Below, one piece after another: positions 1-13,034 of a stretch of DNA of 64,000 nt (the stretch's first letter is position 1; each line of letters starts with the position of its first letter). The notes under the pieces are model-generated. The model was not told the origin of the DNA. It made no database searches and was given only the letters and a program-made list of their open reading frames with translations. The translations under genes were made by a program, and so were the position numbers. Source of the DNA: Eledone cirrhosa (taxonomy: Eukaryota); contig CAXHJY010001010.1 in NCBI GenBank assembly GCA_964016885.1, forward strand, positions 1 through 64,000, written 5' to 3'.

Positions 1-2021
1 GAAAGATAGATAGAGAGGTAGAGTGTTGTGACCATAGATACTAACGTATTGAAAGGCTTGCACTTAAAAATCATTTTTAAAGTATGTTGTCATCACTTTC
101 ATCCTGATGTCATAAATGATCCATCTATCTTTCACACACAAACACACACACTCTCTTTCTCATTGTGTTTCTCTCTTAAAAACAACTTTTCACTCCTCCC
201 ATTTTTACTATTCTACATATATGTTGAGACAGACAGATGAAGAAACAACTTCATTTTTTATAATATAGATTAAAGAAATATTTAACATTGTCATTTTTAC
301 TTGTTCTACATTTATCCAAACCTTAGTGTTTTCTTGAAGAAACAATCCAGTGGAGTTGGTTACCACAGGTGCTAGCAACACAAGTTGGAGTGATTCTTTT
401 AGCATGATTCCATCGCCATCCTCTGGGCAATGACTCTCAATCCTGTAAACTGGGTCTACAAGTCAGACTCTCCCTTAAGATATTGAATGTGGTGGCAGCA
501 TCTAATTAAAGTATGTTTTTCAGATAATGTTTGTTTCTTTATCACAAATTTAACATTACTATCAAATAAAGTTACTTTAATGTCTTTCCAGAATTAAAAT
601 AATTAGAAAGCAAAGTTAGCTTGCATAATAACATAAACAAATGAGCCACTGAGGAAGTTTTACATGGTTGATTGAGATGGCAAAAATAACAGAAAGCTCC
701 TTCAAACCACATCTTCCTTTCTTAAATAAGGGAAGAGCACATTTGATAATGAAAGTTTTAGACGAACTATTCTTGAAAAAGATAGATTTGTTATGGCTTG
801 CCTGTTTAGAAGGCTTTGCAGTATTGCTCCAGCTCTCTGTACTCTGTTTTGTCAATTTTGCTTTTCATTCTTCTGAGGTCAATAAATAAGTACCAGTCTA
901 ATACAGGGGTCGATTCTTCCTCTATATTTCTTTCTTACTTTCTCTCTTTCTCTTTCACTGACCTTCCCTAGAAAACCTCAAAAATGTCCCAATTTGGAGA
1001 GGGATGGGTTCTGCCAGGTATAGATATCTCAACAAATCTATCAGTAGTTAAAAGGCCCATGGATTTATGTGATTAGTTTGTCTTGAAGCTAGCAAAAAAC
1101 AACAAACAAAAATGCTGTGCTTCTTATTCTGAAAAACAACAAACAAAAATGCTGTGCTGGTTATTCTGAATTAAATAGCTTACACCAAAGTGAAAGGTTT
1201 TTCACTTCAACATCCATCATCTGTAATTGGAGTGGTAGGGCTATATTTTCACTAATAATAAATGAGAGATTTTGTAATGTAGCTTTACTCTGTAACACCT
1301 AAAGCCTAACAATGAAAATACAATAAATATATTATCAACAATTAATGCTTCTATTTATTACTCTATAATAAGATCAATTCAAATAACTTCTAAATTTGAT
1401 TCAAAATGAATAATATGCTTTAATCAATATATTAACTTGATTTAGATAATTTAGGGTTCTTCAAGTTAATAAGGAGTTATAGATTATTAAGAAACATTCT
1501 CTTTTCTATTGTCAACTTTTAGCCCGAATCTACTTAAGTAATTTAAAAATAAAATTTGGGAAAGGTCAAGCCTTAATGCCAGTTAAGAGAAGAAATATAT
1601 CTAAACTAAAAGTCTTCCATTTATCCCTCTGAGAAATCAAAGTTCAATCAATAAGGTATATCATCCTATGCTTGTGGCTTTATTTCCTTGTTATTGTCCG
1701 AGAAATTCTGTCATGTAAACCCTAAAGAATATTAGTGCAATGATTGTATCTTGCAAGATTAGTCTGTTCCAAAACCGATGTTCTCTGGCTAAATTCATCA
1801 ATGGTGTCTAATTTACTACTACTGTATTGCACAATCCTATAGATATCTTCACATAACTACATAACAATCCAGACAATATTCTTCTTTAACTAACATCATA
1901 ATTAGATCAATATAATTTCCCTATATAAAAGTATTTACTATTCATTTGTAGTATTTTGATTTCTGTCATTTTATTACTTCCACAGCCCCTCTCCCTTGTG
2001 CACTCTCACCCCCTATCTCTA

Positions 2022-2024
<3 letters not shown>

Positions 2025-2099
<75 letters not shown>
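2025..2099. repeat. (CT)n(TA)n microsatellite followed by a short RTE/SINE-type 3' tail remnant (to ~2180)
   Basis: Direct dinucleotide repeats; downstream catcat..ttttacatccgcttttccctgcttgcaa matches the SINE/RTE tail seen at 62260-62320. Confidence 0.9.
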
Positions 2100-2100
<1 letters not shown>

Positions 2101-2578
2101 TCATCATCATCATGATCATCAATCTAAGGAGGTAATCATCATCATCATCATTTTACATCCGCTTTTCCCTGCTTGCAATCTGGAATATATATTTGTATGG
2201 TATGTCTATTCTTATATCTACTCTGTTTATATAGTACCAATAAAGAGTCTTACTTCATTGTTTCCAAAGAAGACGTTATGATCAAACCCATTTATAATGT
2301 CTGATAGTATATGATTCTCTAACTGCTATATAGATCAGTAAATATATCGATATAATCAACCCTCCGAAATGATCGTAAAACAATGAAAGGATTTTGTAAA
2401 ATAACTTGCCTTTGTTATTATCATCATTGTTTAACTAACATCTAATATATATATATATATATATTTAATATAGAAATGGCTTCTACAGGACTAGAACTGT
2501 TTCATTCAGGAGAAATTATATATACATATATACATAATCATATATACATATATACATAATCATATATATATATAGATA

Positions 2579-2820
2579 TATAATAATACAAGGACAATTT
2601 GTTAAGCCTTCATTACATTTATTGATTGGTGACGTGTGTTTCACTATTGATCAGCTCAAGGTTCGATTTGTATCAATCTGGCCCAACACTGGAATCAAAT
2701 GCTCATCAGACCTTCGCTGTTGTAATGACAGATATAACTTTGAGCTGATCAATAGTGAAGCACGCGTCACCAATCAATAAAAGTAATGAAGGCTTAACAA
2801 ATCATCCTTGTATTATTATA
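2579..2820. repeat. Fold-back element: ~82 bp inverted arms around a truncated HHR-like core
   Basis: 2579-2661 is the imperfect reverse complement of 2739-2820; the spacer on the minus strand reads aaggt CTGATGA gc atttg...caaat c GAAC. Confidence 0.75.
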
Positions 2821-2989
2821 TTACACTCTCTTTAGCTCTACACCTCGCCACCGATGTGAACCTAAACATCAAGTTCTCACCTGGGTGAACCTACAGTAAC
2901 TTCACATTACACTCCCTGGATATATATTTATATATATACACACACACACATATACATATATATATATATATGTATACACACACATATAT

Positions 2990-3410
2990 ATATTTGTTTT
3001 TGAATTCGTTTTGCGAGATTTCTTATCTGAAAACGTGTGTTGAAACAGATATTCTTATTCTTTGGGAGGGTCATGTAGCTAATAAAAACAAACGCACCTG
3101 TTGGTTTTCACTTCACTTTATTATAAATTTCTGGTTGGTTGGTTTGTTAACTGGAAGGTTGTTTATATATTGTCAAAGCTCTTTCATCACACATTCTGTG
3201 ACTTACTCAGTGACTAGGTTTTTATTTTGTGTCTCTCCTTTGTTTTGTCCTACACCATCTTGTTTTTGTGCTCCGTGTGTTGTGTGCTTAGTTTGCACAT
3301 GTGTTATCTCTGGGTGTAATAAATAAACACATTAATAAATAAATAATAACACACACACACTACCAGATGTAATGCATGCGCAAATTAAGCACACAATACA
3401 CAACACACAC
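2990..3410 (-). mobile_element. 3' terminal fragment of PLE family A (same family as 36365-37940) with a degenerate HHR at ~3171-3215
   Basis: Reverse complement matches 37560-37940 (gaaagcaactggtgcgt, catgaccctcccaaag, gtttcaacacacg..ttcagataa). Confidence 0.85.
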
Positions 3411-4179
3411 TATATATATATATAAATTCCATTAACCAAGTCGATTGGTTACTGAAGCCAATATTAATGTAGTTGATTTAAAGAAGTTTGCGTCTCTTTC
3501 TTAGTGACTGGCTGCATATTTGAAATAGAAACAATTGATTTTACTTTACTATTCTAATCAACTTTTCTCATACAAACTCTGCTAAAACTGGCTCTTGTTC
3601 TATGAAAAAGAGAACACCCATTTTAAAGTGCTATTTAAATTTAAATCTTATAAAATAATTTTATATAAGAACTATCAGTTAATTAACAACTGCTCATAGA
3701 CAAATTCTCTTTATTATAATTGATTGCATCAAATCAGAAATTAAAGTTTCTACTTCAGTTAACTGCAAGCTATTTCAATGATCTGTCCACTATTAAAGAT
3801 ACAATAATAATTTGAGTTGAACCTAGTTTTAGGTATTTTCTGTGAAATTATTAAAGGATGTTAAATGTTAAGTTAATATTTTAATAAAGAAGCAATTAAT
3901 ATTGTTAGGTCCCTCACAATTCTTCATTACTTAATTGAAATACAATGTGCTACATTAAAAATACAGTCACAAAATGGTAAGAAGATCATATAAATGTATG
4001 AACCTGTTGACATGTAGTATTTTAGAATGTTCTCCAACTATTCCTGATTTATGTGTTTTAAGTAATCAATCACATTATTATTAATAAAAAAAGAATTGAT
4101 TAACAAGATCCTAGTCCTCGTTTGCTTACTGAGTGGTGTTGAGTTCGTCAAATTGTACTAAGGAAACAATGTTTCCATT

Positions 4180-4345
4180 GGTCTTTCCATTGCTGATGCT
4201 ATCTAGCAGTCACAACTCCTGGCAGAATGAGCAATATGAAATAATGTGTCTTGTTCAAGGACAAAAAAACATCATTCTGTCTGGGAATCAAACCCACAAC
4301 CTCATGATTATGAATCCAATTCACTAACCACCAAGCCTCACACAT
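4180..4345 (-). mobile_element. Degenerate tRNA-derived SINE (same family as 8033-8433)
   Basis: gagcaatatgaaataatgtgtcttgttcaagga and ctaaccaccaagcc match the SINE core and head. Confidence 0.65.
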
Positions 4346-4689
4346 GGCATTATTACTATTTATTAATCATTTGAAAACAACTTTTAATTCTTTTTAATCA
4401 ATAATTTGCAGACTAATCTTATTATTGTAACACATTATCATGATCATCTAAACTCTAAACCCTGATACACCTTGCCTGTCCAATCTACACATACAAACAT
4501 GAAAGTGGCATATGTTTGCATGTGATTAGTCTACATCTAATCCCCCACAATGCCATTGCCACAACAAAAGCACTAATTCCACCCTATATACTGACTCAGT
4601 GCCACAACAACAACCCCCCAAAATACAGTCTATCCTGTAAGGTGGTTATGATGATGACACAAGAAAAAGCACCCAGTTCACCCTGATTA

Positions 4690-4885
4690 TTGGTTGTTTT
4701 GGTGCCATGATAAAAAGCACCCAGTCTAGACTCTAATGTGGTTGGCATTAGAAACCAAGCCAAAATACAGATGTATATAGCAAGACATAGTCACCTGACA
4801 TGCATTGTCTCATAGTGTGACAACCCATCTAATACCCTGTGTAAGCATAGAAAAATGAACGTCAAATGATGATGATGACGATGGC
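4690..4885 (+). mobile_element. SINE 3' half with (GAT)n tail
   Basis: aaaaagcacccag...gtggttggcattag...gtaagcatagaaaaatgaacgtcaaatgatgatg. Confidence 0.65.
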
Positions 4886-4899
4886 TACCTTCATTACAT

Positions 4900-5320
4900 C
4901 CATGCTTATATAGTTTGGATTGGTCCTCTACAAAATAACATCTCAGTACTTGTTGCATTTTTTTGTCATCTTTGTGATGTCCAGCATCCTGAGATCAGCC
5001 ACTGCCATGTCTGCCAATTTCAACCTCGGTTTCCCTCTTTTCCAGCTTCCTTCTATGTTGAAATCATGGCACTTGTTTATCCAATTGTCATTACCCATAT
5101 AGAGACCTCATATGAATACCAGTACATTCTTTTCTGTTGTTCACAACATCCAACTCCTCTTTTATCCAGTGTCTTTACTAAACTCATCTTTGTTTCATCA
5201 ATCATACACTTTAACATTACGCATCTAGTGGAAAATGCTCACATAATTTATTTCCAGTATTTCTACACCCTTTGCATCCAATGATCATCTCATGCTACCA
5301 TGTAACATTAAATATATCAA
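4900..5320 (-). pseudogene. Highly degraded LINE (RTE-like) 3' ORF remnant
   Basis: The minus strand has a GKRKRGKPRLK-like segment (cctcggtttccctcttttcc) typical of RTE C-termini; many stops. Confidence 0.4.
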
Positions 5321-6650
5321 TTATATAAACTGTTTCAATACTAATGTATTTTTTATCATACAGATTTTGAACTGCTTGTTGAGCCAACCAACTAAAATAT
5401 TATAAATATTTTATAATGAGATCACAAATTTTATGGCATTGTGAATTTGTTAAAAATAAATAATAAAATCATAATAATGGTTTCTTGCAGAAGCACAAGG
5501 CTGTAAGAAAAGTAGATTATACTAACCCTAGTATTTGCTTGATACTATGTCGTATTGATGCCAGAAGATTGAAAAGCAAAGTTGGCTTCTGTGATTTAAA
5601 CTCAGAGAACAAAGAACTGGAAAAAATACTGCTAGGCATTTTTATTTGTTGCCCTAACAATTCTGTCAAGCTGAATAATAAAAAATGAAGGTATAATAAT
5701 TATGAAATGGGTGCATTTTTATCATCATGTGATTATCATTTTGTATCAAAGTAAAGTAGTGAGAACCATATCTTATTAGTAATGTTCTTAATACATAGAT
5801 ATATATTTACTTAATATGATGGAATGATAGAAAAATAATTGAGATATAAAATCATATATATAAATGGAAAAAAAAATGATAGACAGGCACACACACACGC
5901 ATACACATATATACGAGTATATATATATATTTCTTTTCTCACCAAACTCCAGCAAAGATTGAAAGCATTCAAAAGTTAAATGCATTTGATTAAAAAGAAA
6001 TAAGAATAAAACAGAAATAAGCTTTAAATAAGTGTTAATGACAAAAGAGATTATTTATATATTATTGTCATGTATATTTATTTCAGTAGATGTGATACTG
6101 AACTCTAAGGGTAGGCAGACACAGCAATCACACAGGATTACACTGCTTGAAATGATATCTATTTACATCACGACAGCTGCATGACATTGTGTAAGTTATC
6201 TTCCTATATTCTTTGATTATATGTTGTTTGTCTCTTTGTTGTTGTTTTTTGTCATTTTTTAATGATTGTTGTTGCTATTTTGTTTCGATTTAAACTTGTC
6301 ACCTCAAAACAAAACAAAATTAGAAGAGAAGATTCCAAAAATAATGCAACCCTCTTGTATGATTGCAGTCTCAAACTTCATGTGGAAACGGATTTTTATG
6401 GAAACATGTTGCATTAAGCATGGTTGCCTTTTGTGCCAGTATTCCGAGCTCATGATGTTTTACTTTTGTGTCTCACAATTTGCCATAGTATTATTTTATA
6501 TTAGTTGCTGCTAGCATCATGAGAATTTCAAATGATACCACTATGTTTCAATGCGTGTGCATATATGTATTTATATGCATGTAAATATGTGTATGCAATC
6601 ATGTATGTAACCTTTTTCTTCAACTCTCTCTTTGTATGTATGTATATATT

Positions 6651-6838
6651 TTTTTAAAATTTACGATAAATTGTAGTGAAAGCAACTGGTGCGTGTGTTT
6701 CTTATTGGCAACATGACCCTCCCAAAGTATAACAATATATATATATATATATATTGTTATACTTTGGGAGGGTCATGTTGCTAATAAGAAACACACGCAC
6801 CAGTTGCTTTCACTACAATTTATTGTAAATTTTAAAAA
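6651..6838. repeat. Near-perfect ~190 bp palindrome of two PLE family A 3' end pieces centred on (TA)n
   Basis: gtagtgaaagcaactggtgcgtgtgtttcttattggcaacatgaccctcccaaagtataacaatata then its reverse complement; matches 37815-37885. Confidence 0.9.
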
Positions 6839-6929
6839 TCTTTTAAAAGTTTTTTCCAAAAAAATTAATAAATTTTTTTGAAAAATTAATAAATTATTTT
6901 GAAAACATTTTTAAAATAATTTTTTAATA

Positions 6930-7065
6930 TACAATAAATCGGAGTGAAAGCAACTGGTGCGTGTGTTTCTTATTGCCAACATGACCCTCCCAAAGTATAA
7001 CAATATGGGTTTCAACACACGTTTTCAGATAAAGAATCTTGCTAAACAAATTCAGAAACGAAATA
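6930..7065 (+). mobile_element. Extreme 3' end of PLE family A
   Basis: Almost identical to 37810-37940, ending gctaaacaaattcagaaacgaaa(TA)n. Confidence 0.9.
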
Positions 7066-7080
7066 TATATATATATATGT

Positions 7081-7770
7081 AGCTTAGAGTTTAGACTCAA
7101 TGGGGTCATTTACAATCATTTTCATTCTAGCGATTTTATTAGTCAATTGCAACTAAAACATGTAAATGTTCATCAAATATTAATTTATTCTGCTCAGAAG
7201 CGATTCTTAGAGCTGAAATGATTGTAAATGACCCCATTGAGTCTAAACTCTAAGCTCTGCTTAGAGTTTAGACTCAATGGGGTCAATCACTGCTCCCCGA
7301 GGTGAGCTGAATTTGTAATCCCATATACACGGCTGTTATTTCTAGCACTATGTGTGGGACGTTAGAGGACTGGAATAAGCCGTGTGCAAAACCTTGTGTA
7401 TTTTCGCTACGCTAACCAGACCTTAGATATTTTTCTGAGGTGGAGTTATTTAATTTTATCTGGGTACCTATTGATAAACACAGAAAAAGTTGATTAACTC
7501 ACTGCTAATTAGTTAATTATTTCACTATTATACCATCCTTTGTGAAACATGTTTGAAGTTTGAAGTTCTGACCGATCTGCGGAAAAAGTTTGTATTTTGA
7601 ATTTTAAACGTGTCTAGGTACCAAGGCTTTTTGCCCATATGAGTCTGTGAGTATTGATTTATTATTTTTTAGATCGTACAGGCAAACTTTATGTTGTTGA
7701 ATTAAGATATTTCATTGTAGCGATTTTATTAGTCAATTGCAACTAAAACATGTAAATGTTCATCAAATAG
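7081..7770. mobile_element. Non-coding TA-flanked element with ~60 bp direct repeat (period 590) and internal inverted copy; retrozyme/pLTR-like, HHR degenerate
   Basis: 7121-7179 repeats at 7711-7769; 7081-7121 is inverted at 7215-7255 and direct at 7259-7287. Confidence 0.55.
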
Positions 7771-7789
7771 TAATATATATATATGTATA

Positions 7790-7935
7790 TCTGTAAATGT
7801 GGTTGGTGTTAGGAAGGGCATCCAACTGTAGAAAACCTGCCAGACAGTCCTATGCGAGCAAGACAATCACTCTTGCCTCAAGTGGAACTACCCCCGTCCA
7901 AACCCATGCAAGCGTGGAACACGGACGTTAAACAT

Positions 7936-7965
<30 letters not shown>
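7790..7965 (+). mobile_element. SINE 3' portion with (GAT)n tail
   Basis: ctgtaaatgtggttggtgttaggaagggcatcc...cccatgcaagcgtggaacacggacgttaaac; homologous to 12655-12870 on the minus strand. Confidence 0.8.
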
Positions 7966-8007
<42 letters not shown>

Positions 8008-8032
8008 TATATGTATGTATGTGTATATATAT

Positions 8033-8433
8033 ATCATCATCATCATAATTATCACCGTTTTACGTCCATTTTTCCACGCTAGCATGGGTTAGACAGGTTG
8101 TCCTGTTGTGGGCATGGTCCAGTCGGCTGACTTTGTCTTGCTCATACAGGAACTGATTCTGGCTTGATTTCTACAGCTGGATGCCCTTCCTAACACCAAC
8201 CTCATTTACAGTTAGTGCTGGGTGCTTTTTTGCCGTGGCGCCTACACGTCCACTTTGCAGTGGAATGACAGGGAACCCAGTCCCTATCATCTCATTTCTA
8301 CAGCTGAGTAAACTGGAGCAATGTGAAATAAAGTGTCTTGCTCAAGGAAACAACACATCACCCGGTCTGAGAATTGAACTCACAACTTTTCGATTGCAAG
8401 GCCAATGCTCTAACCACTAAGCCATGTGCCTCC
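8033..8433 (-). mobile_element. Full-length tRNA-derived SINE with RTE-type tail
   Basis: Minus strand starts ggaggcacaTGGCTTAGTGGttag (A box) and has gtgaGTTCAATTCtc (B box); core ttgagcaagacacttt; tail gatgatg; copies at 12293 and 62260. Confidence 0.9.
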
Positions 8434-10680
8434 ATATATATATATATATCTATATATATATATGTGTGTGTGTGTGTATGTGTATGTGCATGTGTGCGCA
8501 AGTTATCGTTATCCATAGATAAAAGGCCAAGGAAAACAATGCTCAATCTAGTAAAAAAGAGCTTATTTACTTTATAACAAATTATTGAGCACTCAATACT
8601 AATGAGTAGAGGGTAGAAATATAATTTCTATGTAGAAAAGTAGTGGTATTTAAAGTTTCAGCTTTGTCATTTTGTCTGACAACCAGATGACATAAACTTG
8701 TTGAAATGTCAATGTCTCTGAAACTATTTTACTTAGAAATTATATATATAAATATACTTTTACCTGTTCCCTTGTATATACACATTCATATTATTTATGT
8801 ATATGAATGCATCCTAGGTTCAGCATAAGTGTACTGTATCCATGTGTTTTGTAAGAATGAATAAATGTGATAGTGACAGAAACTGTATCTCGCTGTAAAA
8901 CACTGCCTAAAAATGAAATCCACCCAATACATGTCAGCACGGAAAGTAGTCATAAAACAATGATTAAATATATGTCTGAGCCAAATTCACACAAATATAA
9001 ATATGGAAATTACATGTGGATATGTATATGCATATGGATATATGTATATTTGTAAAAAGAATATGTTAAAATTTCTTTAAACAAAGAAAGCAAAATGTAA
9101 TTTCATACAAAATAGCATTGAAGTTGTTCATTATAGAGAATGATAAGTTTACATTCAAAAGTTCTCATCGGTTCTAGAAAGACATTAACAATGTAAACAA
9201 AATAGAGCAGATTTTAAGATTCAACAGATAATGCTTTTTTTCAATTACTTTTGAACTTGACACAAATGCTTGGAAAGGAACAAAGAGACACAATGATTTC
9301 ATCATTCAACACATTAATTCGTTAGTTCTTTTAATACCAAACCATCTGAAATCATCCTTGATTCTATGTTGCAAAGGTAATTATATTAGAGTTTTTGTAT
9401 TTATCAAAAACAATCTCAGTACTGTACTGGTACTGTATGAAAAGCAAAGTTGACCAAGGGTGGATCTGAGCACAGAGCACTGAAAGGTGTAACAGATACT
9501 GCATGGTATTTTATCTAACATTCAAATGACTTTTCTAATTTGCCTCCTTAATATATTTGTGTATTTGTCTGTATTTCAATATATGCTGGTAAATGGCAGT
9601 TGAGTAGAAAGATATAAGTAGAAGGATCAAATGACATGAGAAAACAGTGAAAGAGATGTTAGAAACGGCTCTCAAGCGATTGAACCTTACAAAGATGAGC
9701 AAAAAAGGACCTGAACAACCTATACAAAGCATATAAAAATGGATATATGATGATAGTGATGTAACTGCTCTTTTGCGAAGGTCAGCTCTAATTGAGCAAG
9801 TGTTCTGACCACAACAATCCTTTCTTTCAATCATATATAATGCATCACATCTAAGACAACAGTATTCAATATATTGTAAACTGTTAGAGCATAATTTGGG
9901 GAAATCTGGCTGCAATTTCTTGCAGAACAAACTGTCACATAGAGGCTTTTCTTGCTTGAAATATGTATTGTTGCCCTTTTGACACCAAAATCACTTGAAA
10001 CTGTTTCTGGTTTTATGATACATTATTGTTTTAAAATGTATTTATCAAAAACCTTTGCATCCATCATAATTTTGTCAGTACATTTTTTCATGCTCCGAAC
10101 ACCAACTTACTAATGAGAAAGTTCTTCATACTAAATACCTTCAAATTCTTGATTATATTCGTAATGATTTGAAAGGTATCAGTACTTTTCCTTATAGATA
10201 TGGTAATGAAAGTCTAAGCAAATTTGTTAGCAAAGATATCTAGACTTTAAATATCATCTTTTCCAACACATAGAATATGAGTTAGGAAATATGGATGAAG
10301 TCTGTGGTAGGAATTATGGATGATGTGTGGGATCTAGTATGGACATTTAGTTTGTATTTTGCTTTGTTTTAATGAGTATATTAGTAGTGAGTTTGGTATT
10401 CAATCGTCGTATCCCCTGGTGTTTTGTTTATTGTTGGTTTTGTTTTCGGACTGTGTTATTTACATATAGAAACATTCAGTGATAACCTTGCAATGTTTTA
10501 GGTATATCTACATTTTAGGTGTTTGACAGTCCTGTTTGCTTATTTACATACATCATCTGACATTTTCTGCCTATAGATACGATACAGAATATGTGATTGA
10601 AGGGAGATTCACACACATTATTTCTAGCTTGTTAATTAAACCAAAACTATCATCTTTTCCAACACATAGAATATGAGTTA

Positions 10681-10863
10681 GGTGGATTGGCAGTATCGGT
10701 AGAGGGTCGGACACCATGCTTTGACGCATAGAGTTACATCGCTTGCCATTCTGAGTTCAAATCCCGCCGAGGTTAACTTTGCCTTTCATCCTTATGGGGT
10801 CGATAAAATAAAGTACCAGTAATACACTGGATTATTGCTGGCCTTGTGCCAAAAGTAGAAACA
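10681..10863 (+). mobile_element. Second tRNA-derived SINE family with 18 bp TSD
   Basis: tggcagtatcgg A box, gagttcaaatccc B box, ctttgcctttcatcc core; TSD gttaattaaacc(a/c)aaact at 10631 and 10864; inverse copy at 56571-56750. Confidence 0.88.
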
Positions 10864-11941
10864 GTTAATTAAACCCAAACTGATAGAGGCTCTTGGGGTC
10901 AGATTTCTCAATGTAATGCTATTTACAAACATATATATTATTGAAATTAATAAACACAAGTAGAATAAGTAAATAATTTATTTGCAATGTTATTTCCGGT
11001 ATAATAGATTTTCCAAGGAATTGTCACTGAAGATGTGTTGAAAGAACACAAAAAATATTGCTGCGGATAACTTTGCTACAGTTACAGAATGAAGCAAAAA
11101 TCTTGTTCAGATCGTTGGATATTTTTTGTTTTTGTTTTTTAATTATGTATTTTGCAATTCTATTCAGAATGTAGTGTAAGTATTTAGAATCATAGACTCA
11201 CTGACAGCATTCAATTATGAATTCAGAATATTCAGGAATGATATTCTATAGATTAATCTATTTCATAGACAATATAAATAAGAATCTAAAAATGACAGTT
11301 TTCTCAGATCATATTATCAATTCCGTAATTTTGAAATTAGATTTAAATATTTATACATGTGTATATAAAAATGTAATTTTTCATATGTATGCTTGCATAC
11401 ATATGAACAATTTATATATGATTTTATATTTGTGTATAACACTTGATTATGTATGCTTGTATGTATGTATGCATGTATACGTGTGTTTATATATGATTAT
11501 GATGTGATTATATATATATATATATATATACACATACACCATCAATTTACCATCTGCTTTTACATGCTTAATAGTTTAAAATACATGCACACATACATGC
11601 AAACACACACACATATATGTATGAGTGTGTGTGTTGGACCTTCTTCAATTCTGAAGGTAAGTGATCCAATGGTTCGAACAACTGAATAGTTTGCACAAGA
11701 AATGAATGATCAAATGGCTAAGCATTCTAATGACACATGCTTTTAGCAAAATTCTCAGTGAGATTCAATGTGACACAGTGAGGTATAAGGCTTGTCCTTT
11801 GAATTACATTTTTGCCAGTTGAGGGCACTGTAGCAACAGTTAATAAAATGTCTTGCTCTGGGATACAACATAAGGAACCAAACACCTTAACCACTAAGCC
11901 ACACACCTCCACACACATAATTGTACACATATATATATATA

Positions 11942-12041
11942 CAGGTTGTCCCAAAAAATGTATTCACAAAGGCTGTGCATTCTAACAAATAATGTGTGCA
12001 CAGGTAATCAAAGTGTGTATACATTCTTTTGGGACACACTG
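11942..12041. mobile_element. Tc1/mariner-type MITE (~100 bp)
   Basis: TIRs caggttgtcccaaaaaatgtat / atacattcttttgggacacactg in TA context. Confidence 0.7.
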
Positions 12042-12255
12042 TGTGTGTGTATGTGTATATATATATAAATATATATGTATATATGATTCACCGAGTAATA
12101 GCGAAATATATTTCTTCAATGGAATATATACAAAGACATTAATACTTATTGCAAGGTATCTACATTCAAGAATCTTGTTAATTTTTAATATGTTACCTCT
12201 GTAACTATGTGTGTTTGAACTCTTTAAAAATTATCCCCTGTAATTGTTTGATGTG

Positions 12256-12292
<37 letters not shown>

Positions 12293-12638
12293 TCATCATC
12301 ATCCTCATCATCATCATTTTACGTCTGCTTTTCCCTCCTTGCAAGGGTGGGACGGGAACTGATTCTGGGTTGATTTCTACAGCTGGATGCCTTTCCTAAC
12401 ACCAACCTCATTTACAGTGAGTGCTGGGTGCTTTTTGCCATGGCACCTCCATGACCAATTTGTAGTGGAATGATATGGACTCCAGTCCCTATCATCTCAT
12501 TTCTACAGCTGAGTAAACTGGAGCAATGTGAAAAAAAGTGTCTTGTTCAAGGAAACAACACATCATCCGGTCTGAGAATTGAACTCACAACCTTTTGATT
12601 GCAATGCCAATGCTCTAACCAATAAGCCATGTGCCTCC
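12293..12638 (-). mobile_element. Full-length tRNA-derived SINE
   Basis: High similarity to 8033-8433 and 62260-62608. Confidence 0.9.
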
Positions 12639-12654
12639 ACATATATATATATTT

Positions 12655-12870
12655 CATCATCATCTTCATCATACTCATCATCATCGTTTAACATCCATCT
12701 TCCACGCTTGCATGGGTTTGGACGGGAATTTTCCCACTCGAGGCAAGATTGGTTGTCTTGCTCGGATAGGATTGTCTGGCGGGTTTTCTACGGCTGGATG
12801 CCCTTTCTAACACCAACCACGTTTACAGTGTGGACTGGGAGGTTTTTACCGTGTTACCTACATGGCCACA
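12655..12870 (-). mobile_element. SINE/LINE 3' tail segment
   Basis: Homologous to 7790-7965; ends in (GAT)n on the minus strand. Confidence 0.75.
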
Positions 12871-13034
12871 TTACAGCGTGAACTGCGTGTTTTTTTGTCG
12901 TGACACCTACACGACCTCATTTATTTCGGACTGGATGTTGTGGTACCGACATAACTTTACATCGAAAGGGGTGGTGTGGATGGGGTGGGGGTAGTGGGAA
13001 GAGGTGCCTACCGACTGTAGGTTTCGCTTTGTAC

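Noticed and set aside
8360-8433. tRNA-like A and B boxes (also at 10681, 12570 and 62540)
   Set aside because: They are SINE heads continuing into core and tail; no acceptor stem or full cloverleaf
9535-9930. 131 aa ORF or possible exon
   Set aside because: No recognisable motif or clear splice and frame support
11020-11070. CUGAAGA followed by a uguguu/aacaca hairpin
   Set aside because: No GAAA after stem II and no stem I; not in a repeat context
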